Below are positions 19,966 to 28,414 of a stretch of 64,000 nucleotides of DNA, in pieces. A model generated the notes under the pieces. It did no database searches. It was not told the DNA's origin and saw only the letters and a program-made list of their open reading frames with translations. Each line of letters opens with the position of its first letter. Within the stretch, counting starts at the first letter, position 1. The stretch covers positions 6,876-70,875 of the forward strand of contig JBAYKP010000004.1 of NCBI GenBank assembly GCA_041664465.1, given 5' to 3'. Source of the stretch: Minisyncoccota bacterium (GTDB lineage Bacteria; Patescibacteriota; Minisyncoccia; Phycocordibacterales; UBA9973). The position numbers and the translations under genes are program-made.

Positions 19966-19997
19966 AGTCCCACTGATAAGGGGGATTTAGGGGGTTT
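19958..19997 (+). repeat. direct repeat of 19038-19076 closing the DUF559 cassette
   Basis: GTATTTAAAGTCCCACTGATAAGGGGGATTTAGGGGGTTT versus GTATTTAAAGTCCCCTTGATAAGGGGGATTAGGGGGTTT. Confidence 0.9.
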
Positions 19998-20014
19998 AAA
20001 GTATTTAAACTATT

Positions 20015-22249
20015 ATGAAAAATAAAGTATTCAAATTGAAGAGCAATTATAAGCCTGATGGTGATCAGCCGAAGGCGATTTCACAGTTGCTGGAAGGCTT
20101 AGAAAAGGGTATGAAGAAGCAGACTCTCCTTGGTGCAACGGGGACAGGCAAGACTTTCACTATTGCCAATGTGATAGAGAAGTGGAACAAGCCGACGTTG
20201 GTAATAGCTCACAATAAGACTCTTGCTGCTCAGCTTGCTCAGGAATTCAGAGAATTTTTCCCTGATGCGGCAGTACACTACTTCGTATCTTATTATGATT
20301 ACTACCAGCCGGAAGCTTATATGCCTATTACAGATACCTATATAGAGAAAGATGCTCAGATAAATAAAGAGATAGATCGTCTCCGCCATGCTACCACGCA
20401 GTCACTTCTGACTCGTCCAGATGTGATTATTGTGGCATCTGTGTCTTGTATATATGGATTAGGAAGTCCGGAAGAGTACGAAAAGGTAAATTTGAAACTG
20501 GAAATCGGCTCGAAGATTGGGAGGACTGATCTGATGAGAAGATTACTTGGGATACATTTTGAAAGAACGAATGCAGATCTCAATCCTGGCACTTTCAGAT
20601 CTATTGGGGACAGAGTCGAAGTGATGCCAATATCTGAGACTTTTGTATATCAAATCGAATTTTCTTCCCCTAGGCACGGCCTAGGGGAGAGTGTTGTTTC
20701 TAAAATTTTGAAAGTTGATCCAGTTTCTGCACATGTACTTAAAGAAGAGAAAAGCCTGCCCGACGGCAAGGCGGGTATTTTCTTATTCCCCGCCAAGCAT
20801 TTCATTACCGATGATGAAAGTACGAAAACTGCTATCAAGAATATTAAATTAGAACTTGCACAGCAATTAAAGAAGTTTGAGAAAGAAGGTAAATTACTTG
20901 AAGCCGAGAGAATTAAAAGAAGGACGAATTATGATTTGGCTATGATTAAAGAAGTGGGTTATTGCAATGGCATAGAGAATTATTCTAGACAGTTTTCTGG
21001 GAAAAAAGAAGGGGAAGCACCGGATACATTACTTTCTTATTTTAAAAATAATTTTCTGACTATTATTGATGAATCTCATGTGACTTTGCCTCAACTTGGC
21101 GGAATGTATGCTGGTGATGCATCACGCAAGAATACTTTGGTAGAGTTCGGTTTCCGTCTTCCTTCTGCGAAAGATAATCGCCCGCTCAAATATAATGAAT
21201 TTGAAGAAAGAATTGGAGACGTGATATATGTATCTGCGACGCCGAGTGAACAGGAAAGGACTATGAGTAATCAGGTAGTTGAGCAGATTATTCGCCCTAC
21301 AGGGCTTATAGATCCAGAGATATTGGTGAAGCCAGTGAGTGTGGGAGTTCCTCCCCTCCTTACTAAGGAGGGGACTAAGGGGAGGTTCTTAATTAATTCA
21401 CCTCTCCCTGACCCTCTCCTTGCAAAGGAGAGGGGGAATTCATACCCTGGTCAAATTGAAGATTTTATAAAAGAAGCGGATAGAGTTATTAAGAAAGGGT
21501 TTAGGGCGATAGCGACAACCTTGACGAAGAAGATGGCGGAAGATTTGAGCTTGTTCTTGAAAGAGAAAGGATATAAAGCAGAATATCTGCATAGTGATAT
21601 TAAAACTATAGAGAGAATTCAAATATTAACCCAGTTTAGAAAAGGGGACTTTGATATTTTGATCGGAGTGAATTTGCTTCGTGAGGGTCTTGATCTTCCG
21701 GAGCTTGCTCTCATAGGAATTTTAGATGCAGACAAAGAAGGATTCTTACGATCTACTACATCCCTAATTCAGATTATCGGCCGTGCAGCGAGAAATGTCG
21801 AAGGAAGGGTTGTGCTCTATGCCGATCATATGACGAAGTCCCTCGAAAGTGCGATAGATGAAACAACGAGAAGAAGAAATATACAGATAGCTTACAATAA
21901 GAAGCATGGCATTACTCCTGCGACGATTATTAAAAAGATTAAAGATATTACAGAAGAGCTTGAAGATAAGCATGGCAAGGCAGTGAACGCCGAACTTGAT
22001 CTAGATGTGGAATTATTTAAGAAAGCATTTGGAGCAAGTAAAAGTAATAAGGGTAAAGGTGAGAGAGAGTCAATAAAGAATCTACTCCTCTCAGATGAAG
22101 ATAGGAATAAAAATGTTTACGAAAAGATAATAAAGATAAAAGAGAAAGAAATGAATAAAGCGGTGAAGGAACTAGACTTTGAAACCGCGGCAATATTGAG
22201 AGATGAGATAGTGGTGTTGAAAAGTAAAAAGGCCACAACTGTTGAGTGA
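20015..22249 (+). CDS. uvrB: excinuclease ABC subunit B, with three palindrome-encoded inserts
   Basis: GATGTGKT, HNKTLAAQL, YYDYYQPEAY, DESH, GRAARN, C-terminal LDFETAAILRD. Confidence 0.98.
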   Translation: MKNKVFKLKSNYKPDGDQPKAISQLLEGLEKGMKKQTLLGATGTGKTFTIANVIEKWNKPTLVIAHNKTLAAQLAQEFREFFPDAAVHYFVSYYDYYQPEAYMPITDTYIEKDAQINKEIDRLRHATTQSLLTRPDVIIVASVSCIYGLGSPEEYEKVNLKLEIGSKIGRTDLMRRLLGIHFERTNADLNPGTFRSIGDRVEVMPISETFVYQIEFSSPRHGLGESVVSKILKVDPVSAHVLKEEKSLPDGKAGIFLFPAKHFITDDESTKTAIKNIKLELAQQLKKFEKEGKLLEAERIKRRTNYDLAMIKEVGYCNGIENYSRQFSGKKEGEAPDTLLSYFKNNFLTIIDESHVTLPQLGGMYAGDASRKNTLVEFGFRLPSAKDNRPLKYNEFEERIGDVIYVSATPSEQERTMSNQVVEQIIRPTGLIDPEILVKPVSVGVPPLLTKEGTKGRFLINSPLPDPLLAKERGNSYPGQIEDFIKEADRVIKKGFRAIATTLTKKMAEDLSLFLKEKGYKAEYLHSDIKTIERIQILTQFRKGDFDILIGVNLLREGLDLPELALIGILDADKEGFLRSTTSLIQIIGRAARNVEGRVVLYADHMTKSLESAIDETTRRRNIQIAYNKKHGITPATIIKKIKDITEELEDKHGKAVNAELDLDVELFKKAFGASKSNKGKGERESIKNLLLSDEDRNKNVYEKIIKIKEKEMNKAVKELDFETAAILRDEIVVLKSKKATTVE
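20666..20688. repeat. 23-bp palindrome (CTAGGC family) in uvrB
   Basis: TCCCCTAGGC-ACG-GCCTAGGGGA; encodes SPRHGLGE. Confidence 0.85.
20755..20775. repeat. short CCTGCC...GGCGGG hairpin insert in uvrB
   Basis: CCTGCC-CGACGGCAA-GGCGGG, a GC-rich island encoding LPDGKAG. Confidence 0.55.
21348..21438. repeat. ~90-bp double-hairpin element inserted in frame in uvrB
   Basis: Homologous to 2648-2739; its central spacer GTTCTTAATTAATTCAC is the exact reverse complement of that copy's spacer. Confidence 0.9.
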
Positions 22250-22292
22250 AGGGCCTTTTAGTGATCAAAGCATGAAATGAACAAAAACTGTG

Positions 22293-22364
22293 TCGGCGCG
22301 ACAGGCCTCGAACCTGCATCTCCTGACTGCCAGTCAAGCTTCTTAACGTTAAAACGACGCACCG
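22293..22364 (-). tRNA. atypical tRNA (anticodon GGC, Pro-type acceptor stem) or pseudo-tRNA
   Basis: CGGTGCG/CGCGCCG+A acceptor, CTTGA-CTGGCAG-TCAGG anticodon arm, GCAGG-TTCGAGG-CCTGT T-arm; D-loop lacks GG. Confidence 0.7.
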
Positions 22365-22488
22365 GTTAATTTAATGGCATATTAGCTGATTTATTCATAT
22401 TTGTCAAATATAAAATTTAGTGTTAGAATTAGAGTAATTAAATATTGATATACCCCCTCTAAGAGAGATGCGGGGACTGTTTAAATTT

Positions 22489-25266
22489 ATGAAAAAAAAC
22501 GAAGAAGCAAAAATAATAATAAAAGGGGCTCGGACGCACCCCGAAGGAAAGAGTACTTCCTACGGGGCAGGCAATTTGAATATGGTTGATAAAATAGTTA
22601 TTCGAGGTGCTCGTACCCACAATTTAAAAAACATTTCTGTCGAAATGCCTCGGAATAAGATGATAGTAATTACTGGGATGTCAGGCTCTGGGAAGAGTTC
22701 TTTGGCCTTTGATTCTATCTTCGCCGAAGGTCAGAGGCGTTATGTGGAGAGTCTTTCAGCTTATGCTCGCCAATTCCTCAATCAAATGCCGAAGCCGGAT
22801 GTAGATGAGATTACAGGTCTTTCACCAGCTATCTCTATAGACCAGAAGTCACGTTCCAACAACCCTCGTTCGACAGTTGCAACTATCACTGAGATATATG
22901 ATTATCTTCGTGTTCTTTATGCGCGTATTGGACATCCTCATTGTCCTCTCTGCGGAGAAGAGATAAAAAAGTTATCAAATGATGAGATACTTCATTTTGC
23001 AATAGATAAGATAAAGAATTTTCAAAAAGATACAAAGAAAAACCCCGTAAAAAAGCAAAGCTTTAACGGGGCAAGGAAAGTTTTAGGCGTTGAATGGAAT
23101 GAAGCTCCCGTGTCTATTCTTGCCCCAGTTGTGAGAGGCAGAAAAGGTGAATATTATCAACTTCTTTATGATTTACTCAATAAAGGCTTTGCGCAAGTTA
23201 GACTTGATGGAGAGATAAAGAAATTGAGAGAAAGAATAGATATTTCTAAAACTAAGAAGCATGACATAGAAGTTATTGTGGATAGTTTCCAAATTCATGA
23301 ATTTAAAGATAATGAAAAGGATTCTTATTCACGTTTAGCTGAGAGTGTCGAGAGAGCTTTGCTCGAATCAGATGGCTTAGTGATAATTAAAATAGATGAA
23401 GAGGAGTACCTTATGTCTTCCAAGTTTTCTTGTGCTAATGACGGCTTTGCTTTCCCCGAGATAGAGCCAAGATTATTTTCTTTCAATTCTCCTTATGGAG
23501 CATGTCCAACTTGTAATGGTCTCGGGACAAAATATTTCGGCGGAGATGAAGCTTGTGATGATTGTAAGGGTCTTCGTCTTCGTACTGAAGCATTGCATGT
23601 GTACCTTGGTGAAAGCGCTTCGCAGAAACATCAAAATTCTTCCCGCTTTACCCTAAAGGGCTCCGACGCGGATAAGAATTTTGATTTTTCTGCTCCGCTT
23701 AACATCGTGGGTGTGACGCAATTATCAATTTCCGATGTTGCGGATTATTTCATTGAGTTAGAATTAAGCGATCAAGAGAAAGAAATTTCAAAAGTTATAA
23801 TAAAAGAGATAGAAGCTCGTCTTCAGTTCTTATTAAACGTTGGTCTTGATTATCTGTCTCTTGACAGAAAGGCCAATACGCTTTCTGGTGGTGAGGCTCA
23901 GCGCATACGTCTCGCTTCGCAACTCGGTTCACGACTTGTAGGAGCACTCTATGTGCTTGATGAACCGACGATAGGATTACATCAGAGAGATAATGATAAA
24001 TTAATTAAAACATTAGAAGACCTTCGTGATTTGGGTAATACTATTATAGTGGTAGAGCATGATGAAGATACTATCTTTGCGTCGGATTATATAGTAGATA
24101 TAGGACCTAAAGCCGGAGTTCACGGCGGGGAAGTGATAGTCTCTGGGTATCTTGATGAGTTACTTGATGCGAAGACTAATGCATCCAAGTCTAGAACTTT
24201 GGCTTATTTACGTAATGAAGCTCGGATAGAAATTCCAGAGAAGAGAAGAACGAGCGACAAAGGAACTTTGAAGATAGTCGGAGGGAAAATTTTCAATATT
24301 GATAATCTAAATGCTGAAGTGCCACTTGGCAAGCTTGTAACTATTACTGGAGTATCAGGAAGTGGCAAGAGTTCCTTCATGTATGAAATCTTACATAAAA
24401 ATCTACAAGCAAGATACGAGAGAAAGTTTCGAACCGCGAAAGTTTTCAACTGTGCATCTTTCACTGGTACAGAATATCTTTCTCGTGTCGTTCTCATAGA
24501 TCAGTCTCCAATAGGTAGGACACCTCGATCAAATATTGCTACCTATACAGGAGCTTTCACTCATATCCGTGATATGTTTGCATTGAGCGAAGAAGCACGT
24601 TTGAAAGGCTGGAAAGCTAATAGATTCTCTTTCAATGTAAAAGGTGGGAGATGTGAAGCTTGTGAAGGGAATGGTGAAGTCGCAGTTGAAATGCACTTCT
24701 TGCCAACAGTCTACGTGACTTGTGATGTTTGTAATGGCAAGAGATTCGATAAGGAAACTTTGACGGTAAAATACAAAAAGAAAAATATTTATGAAGTTTT
24801 GCAAATGACGGTAGAGGAAGCTTTTACTTTTTGGGAAGATATACCAGCAGTTTACGATAGGATGAAGACACTTATGGATGTAGGACTTGGCTATGTGAAG
24901 CTTGGCCAATCAGCGACGACCCTTTCAGGTGGAGAGGCTCAGCGTGTTAAAATTTCTACAGAGCTTTATAAGCCATATTGGGAGAAGACGATCTATTTAC
25001 TTGATGAGCCGACTGTTGGATTGCATTATGATGATGTGGCTAAATTGCTGGAAGTATTGAATAGACTTGTAGAGAAAGGTAATAGTGTAGTGGTGATAGA
25101 GCACAATATGGATATTATCAAATCATCTGACTATATTATAGATATAGGGCCAGAAGGAGGACTCTCTGGTGGGAAAATTGTTGCCAAAGGCACGCCGGAA
25201 GAAGTTGCTAATACGCCATCTTCCCATACGGGGAAATATTTGAAGAAAGTATTGAGAAAAAAATAA
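22489..25266 (+). CDS. uvrA: excinuclease ABC subunit A (start may instead be 22582)
   Basis: [30 protein letters not shown], two LSGGEAQR signatures, Zn fingers. Confidence 0.98.
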   Translation: MKKNEEAKIIIKGARTHPEGKSTSYGAGNLNMVDKIVIRGARTHNLKNISVEMPRNKMIVITGMSGSGKSSLAFDSIFAEGQRRYVESLSAYARQFLNQMPKPDVDEITGLSPAISIDQKSRSNNPRSTVATITEIYDYLRVLYARIGHPHCPLCGEEIKKLSNDEILHFAIDKIKNFQKDTKKNPVKKQSFNGARKVLGVEWNEAPVSILAPVVRGRKGEYYQLLYDLLNKGFAQVRLDGEIKKLRERIDISKTKKHDIEVIVDSFQIHEFKDNEKDSYSRLAESVERALLESDGLVIIKIDEEEYLMSSKFSCANDGFAFPEIEPRLFSFNSPYGACPTCNGLGTKYFGGDEACDDCKGLRLRTEALHVYLGESASQKHQNSSRFTLKGSDADKNFDFSAPLNIVGVTQLSISDVADYFIELELSDQEKEISKVIIKEIEARLQFLLNVGLDYLSLDRKANTLSGGEAQRIRLASQLGSRLVGALYVLDEPTIGLHQRDNDKLIKTLEDLRDLGNTIIVVEHDEDTIFASDYIVDIGPKAGVHGGEVIVSGYLDELLDAKTNASKSRTLAYLRNEARIEIPEKRRTSDKGTLKIVGGKIFNIDNLNAEVPLGKLVTITGVSGSGKSSFMYEILHKNLQARYERKFRTAKVFNCASFTGTEYLSRVVLIDQSPIGRTPRSNIATYTGAFTHIRDMFALSEEARLKGWKANRFSFNVKGGRCEACEGNGEVAVEMHFLPTVYVTCDVCNGKRFDKETLTVKYKKKNIYEVLQMTVEEAFTFWEDIPAVYDRMKTLMDVGLGYVKLGQSATTLSGGEAQRVKISTELYKPYWEKTIYLLDEPTVGLHYDDVAKLLEVLNRLVEKGNSVVVIEHNMDIIKSSDYIIDIGPEGGLSGGKIVAKGTPEEVANTPSSHTGKYLKKVLRKK
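22539..22572. repeat. palindromic insert (CCCCG...CGGGG family) in the duplicated uvrA N-terminus
   Basis: CCCCG-A-AGGAA-AGAGTAC-TTCCT-A-CGGGG-CAGGC. Confidence 0.75.
23043..23076. repeat. palindromic insert (CCCCGT...ACGGGG family) in uvrA
   Basis: CCCCGT-AAA-AAAGC-AAA-GCTTT-A-ACGGGG-CAAGG; encodes [11 protein letters not shown]. Confidence 0.75.
23613..23700. repeat. 88-bp long-stem hairpin inserted in frame in uvrA
   Basis: GCAGAAACATCAAAATTCTT pairs with AAGAATTTTGATTTTTCTGC (19/20). Confidence 0.8.
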
Positions 25267-25304
25267 ATGGATACAAATTCTGCCATGGCAGAATTTGTAT
25301 CCAT
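25267..25304. repeat. 38-bp perfect palindrome at the uvrA/uvrC junction
   Basis: ATGGATACAAATTCTGCCA|TGGCAGAATTTGTATCCAT; second copy inside miaA. Confidence 0.95.
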
Positions 25305-25311
25305 AAAAAAT

Positions 25312-26514
25312 ATGAAAATACAAGATTTAAAAAAATTAAGAATTCCAGATAAATCAGGAGTCTATTTCTTTCTTAAATCAGCTAGGCAAGGCCTAGCTGA
25401 AAAGAATATTCTTTATATTGGTAAAGCTACCTCACTTCGGGATAGGGTAAAGAGCTATTTTTCTAAGGATTTAATCAATACTAGAGGTCCGGCTATTTTA
25501 GACATGACAGTAAGGGCAGATAATATAGAGTGGCAGGAGACAGATAGCGTCCTTGAAGCTTTGATATTAGAGGCGAATTTGATAAAGAAATATAAGCCGA
25601 AATATAATACGAAAGAGAAAGACAATAAGAGCTTTAATTATGTTTGTATTAACAAAGACGTTCCTTCAAAAATTTTGGTTGTTCGAGGCAGGAATTTGGA
25701 TAAAAGTTTATATAAGAATATTTTTGGACCTTTTCCGAATGGTAATTTATTAAAAGAAGGAATGAAAATAATCAGAAGAATATTTCCATATTTTGATTAT
25801 GATTCAAATAAAAAGAATAATAAAGAATTTTATAGACAGATAGGACTTGTTCCTAAAAATGAATATAATGAAAATATAAAAAATATTAAACTTCTTTTTC
25901 AAGGCAAGAAAAAAAGTATTATAAAAAATCTTAAAGCAAGAATGACTTATTTTTCAAAACTAAAAGATTTTGAAAATGCAGCACGAATTCGAGATCAAAT
26001 ATATGCGTTAAATCATATTAATGACATTTCGCTAATAAAAGATGAAATATATGGAAGTCCAACTTCCATATATAGAATAGAAGCATATGACGTTGCTCAT
26101 ATGAGTGGCAAGAATATGGTAGGGGTAATGACAGTAGTAGAAGGAGAGGAAGTAAATAAAAATGAATATAGGAAATTTATAATACGAACACAAAATGATG
26201 CCAATGATACCGGAGCCCTCGAAGAAATTATTTCTCGTCGATTGAGACATACAGAATGGGGGTTGCCCAATTTGATAGTGGTGGATGGAAGCATCGCACA
26301 GGTGAATGTCGCGAAGAGGGTACTTGGTCGTTATCAATTTGATATACCAATCGTAGGGGTGGTGAAAGACGAACATCATAGACCGAAGGCTATAATGGGT
26401 GATGAAAAGATAATTAAAGCTTATAAAAAGGAGATTCTACTTGCCAATAATGAAGCTCATAGATTTGCTATAACTTTTCACAAACAAAAGAGAAATAAAA
26501 GCTTTTTAAAATAA
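25312..26514 (+). CDS. uvrC: UvrC-like excinuclease, compact form (upstream in-frame ATG at 25267 lies in the palindrome)
   Basis: GIY-YIG domain (GVYFF...ILYIGKATSLRDRVKSYF, EALILEANLIK...PKYN), UVR motif FENAARIRD, RNase H-like RIEAYDVAH...VVDG...NEAHRFAI. Confidence 0.9.
   Translation: MKIQDLKKLRIPDKSGVYFFLKSARQGLAEKNILYIGKATSLRDRVKSYFSKDLINTRGPAILDMTVRADNIEWQETDSVLEALILEANLIKKYKPKYNTKEKDNKSFNYVCINKDVPSKILVVRGRNLDKSLYKNIFGPFPNGNLLKEGMKIIRRIFPYFDYDSNKKNNKEFYRQIGLVPKNEYNENIKNIKLLFQGKKKSIIKNLKARMTYFSKLKDFENAARIRDQIYALNHINDISLIKDEIYGSPTSIYRIEAYDVAHMSGKNMVGVMTVVEGEEVNKNEYRKFIIRTQNDANDTGALEEIISRRLRHTEWGLPNLIVVDGSIAQVNVAKRVLGRYQFDIPIVGVVKDEHHRPKAIMGDEKIIKAYKKEILLANNEAHRFAITFHKQKRNKSFLK
25378..25400. 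repeat. 23-bp palindrome (CTAGGC family) in uvrC
   Basis: TCAGCTAGGC-AAG-GCCTAGCTGA; encodes SARQGLAE between GVY and YIG. Confidence 0.9.
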
Positions 26515-26539
26515 TTATTTCTTGATATACTACAAGAAT

Positions 26540-27538
26540 ATGATAAAAGTTGGAGTTATTCGTGGAGGAATAAGTGGCGAGTACGAGGTTTCTCTTAAAA
26601 CAGGGGGCAATGTCCTTTCGCATCTTCGGGGGGATAAATTAAGTGAGAAATATAAAGCTATAGATATACTTATAGATAAAGAAGGTGTTTGGCATATAAA
26701 TGGTAAGCCTGTAGCAACCTCAGATGTGTTTAATTCCGTTGATGTTATTTTCAATGCTCTGCATGGAGACTTCGGAGAGGATGGTAAAGTCCAGCAGATG
26801 CTTGATGGATGGAAGATTCCATACACTGGCTCAGGTGCTTTCGCTTCAGCTCTAGGATACAATAAAGTTCTCGCTAAAGAGCAATTCAGTTTACTTGGAA
26901 TAAAGACCCCGAGTCATCTTGTAATACCTAAATACAATGAAGAAGATGCAGATATAAAAGTTTATTCTAAAAAAACAGCTAAACAAATTCATGACAAGCT
27001 TTCTCCTCCTTGGATAGTGAAGCCTCTTGCTGGTGGCTCTTCTGTCGGTATGAGGATGTGCAAAACTTATCCCGAGCTTATGAATGCATTCCTAGATGGA
27101 GTAAATAAAGAAGTGGATGTTTTGGTGGAAGAAATGATAGAAGGCAAGGAGGCTACAGTAGGAGTGATAGATAATTTTCGTGATAAAGTTGTCTACGTTC
27201 TTCCAACTATTGAGATACGTGTTCACAAAGGGAAAGATTTCTTTGATTTTGAAGCAAAGTATAAGGGTATGTCAGAAGAAATTTGTCCTGGGAATTTCAC
27301 AAATGATGAGAAGCTTGAGCTTGAAAGGTTGGCAAGCCTTATTCACACAGGGCTTAACTTGAGCCATTATTCAAGAAGTGACTTTATTATTCATCCGAAG
27401 AAGGGCATTTATGCTTTAGAAGTGAATACATTGCCGGGGCTTACAGATGAATCATTAGTTCCTAAAATGTTAAAGGCTGTGGGATCCGATGTGCCTACAT
27501 TTATTGATCATATTCTTAAACTAGCCTTAAAAAGATAG
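26540..27538 (+). CDS. ddl: D-alanine--D-alanine ligase
   Basis: GGISGEYEVSL, ALHGDFGEDG, GSSVG, FDFEAKY, LEVNTLPG. Confidence 0.96.
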   Translation: MIKVGVIRGGISGEYEVSLKTGGNVLSHLRGDKLSEKYKAIDILIDKEGVWHINGKPVATSDVFNSVDVIFNALHGDFGEDGKVQQMLDGWKIPYTGSGAFASALGYNKVLAKEQFSLLGIKTPSHLVIPKYNEEDADIKVYSKKTAKQIHDKLSPPWIVKPLAGGSSVGMRMCKTYPELMNAFLDGVNKEVDVLVEEMIEGKEATVGVIDNFRDKVVYVLPTIEIRVHKGKDFFDFEAKYKGMSEEICPGNFTNDEKLELERLASLIHTGLNLSHYSRSDFIIHPKKGIYALEVNTLPGLTDESLVPKMLKAVGSDVPTFIDHILKLALKR

Positions 27539-27558
27539 TTGTGTTATAATAAATTTAT

Positions 27559-28386
27559 ATGGAAGAAAATAAAATTACACCAATAATAACAGATAAAACT
27601 CCAGAAACCCCAGTTGAAGGGGCTTTGTCTTTAGAGCAACAATTAGAAGCAATGAAAATTGAGAATGAAAGATTGTTGATTAAGTATAAAAGATTAGAAC
27701 AATCTAAATTAGAAGAAGATATGTTTATCTCAAATGTATTTCATGGTATGAAGAATTATTTTAACCAAATTCTTGGTTTTCTTGATATTATTAGTGATGG
27801 GAATTTAGAAGAAGAAGATCAAAAAACTTATTTAAACATTATTGAAAAAGCAAGTTCATCAGCTCATAGCTTAAGTGAAGAATTTTTACTTTGGAAAAAA
27901 TCTGGATCAAATAAATTTGAGGCACAAATATCAGAAATAGAATTATCTTCATTTGTTGATAGCCTTATAAATTCATCAAGAGAAATGGCGAATTTAAAGA
28001 AAATAAATTTTAATGACAGCATTGATTCTGGTATTTCTGTTATGGCTGACCCATCCATGTTGAAATCAGTTTTAGAAAATTTAATTTCAAATGCGATAAA
28101 GTTTACAGAACCAGAAGGGAATATTTCTATTTCTTGTGAGAGGAAAGATAATGAAGTGAAAATATATGTAATTGATGATGGAAGAGGTATCCCTAAGGAT
28201 AGACAAGATAAAATTTTAAACAGTTTAGGGGATACTACTATTGGGACGAGTGGAGAGAAGGGGACGGGATTTGGTCTCCATACTTGTAATGGATTAATAA
28301 AAAAGATGGGAGGGCATATTGATTTTACAAGTGAAGAAGGGAAAGGAGCTACATTTAGTGTGACTTTGCCGGCGGGGAGTAGATAA
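27559..28386 (+). CDS. cytoplasmic histidine kinase-like protein (HisKA + HATPase_c)
   Basis: H-box-like NVFHGMKN; N box NLISNAIKF; G1 DDGRGI; G2 GTGFGL. Confidence 0.85.
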   Translation: MEENKITPIITDKTPETPVEGALSLEQQLEAMKIENERLLIKYKRLEQSKLEEDMFISNVFHGMKNYFNQILGFLDIISDGNLEEEDQKTYLNIIEKASSSAHSLSEEFLLWKKSGSNKFEAQISEIELSSFVDSLINSSREMANLKKINFNDSIDSGISVMADPSMLKSVLENLISNAIKFTEPEGNISISCERKDNEVKIYVIDDGRGIPKDRQDKILNSLGDTTIGTSGEKGTGFGLHTCNGLIKKMGGHIDFTSEEGKGATFSVTLPAGSR

Positions 28387-28414
28387 GATATAGTTTGTAT
28401 TAATATATTCACAT

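Noticed and set aside
21348-21438. Inserts interpreted as inteins or self-splicing introns
   Set aside because: Far too short, and lacking intein terminal residues and group I/II core motifs.
22247-22249. Possible UGA recoding (genetic code 25)
   Set aside because: TGA terminates uvrB and other genes at expected ends, and long genes have no internal TGA.
22017-22337. 106-aa minus-strand ORF
   Set aside because: Antisense to the uvrB 3' end and starts inside the tRNA-like gene.
22453-22475. CCCCCTCTAAGAGAGATGCGGGG hairpin upstream of uvrA
   Set aside because: May be a degenerate CCCCG-family copy, but pairing is too imperfect to assign; the ATG at 22468 inside it is an unlikely start.
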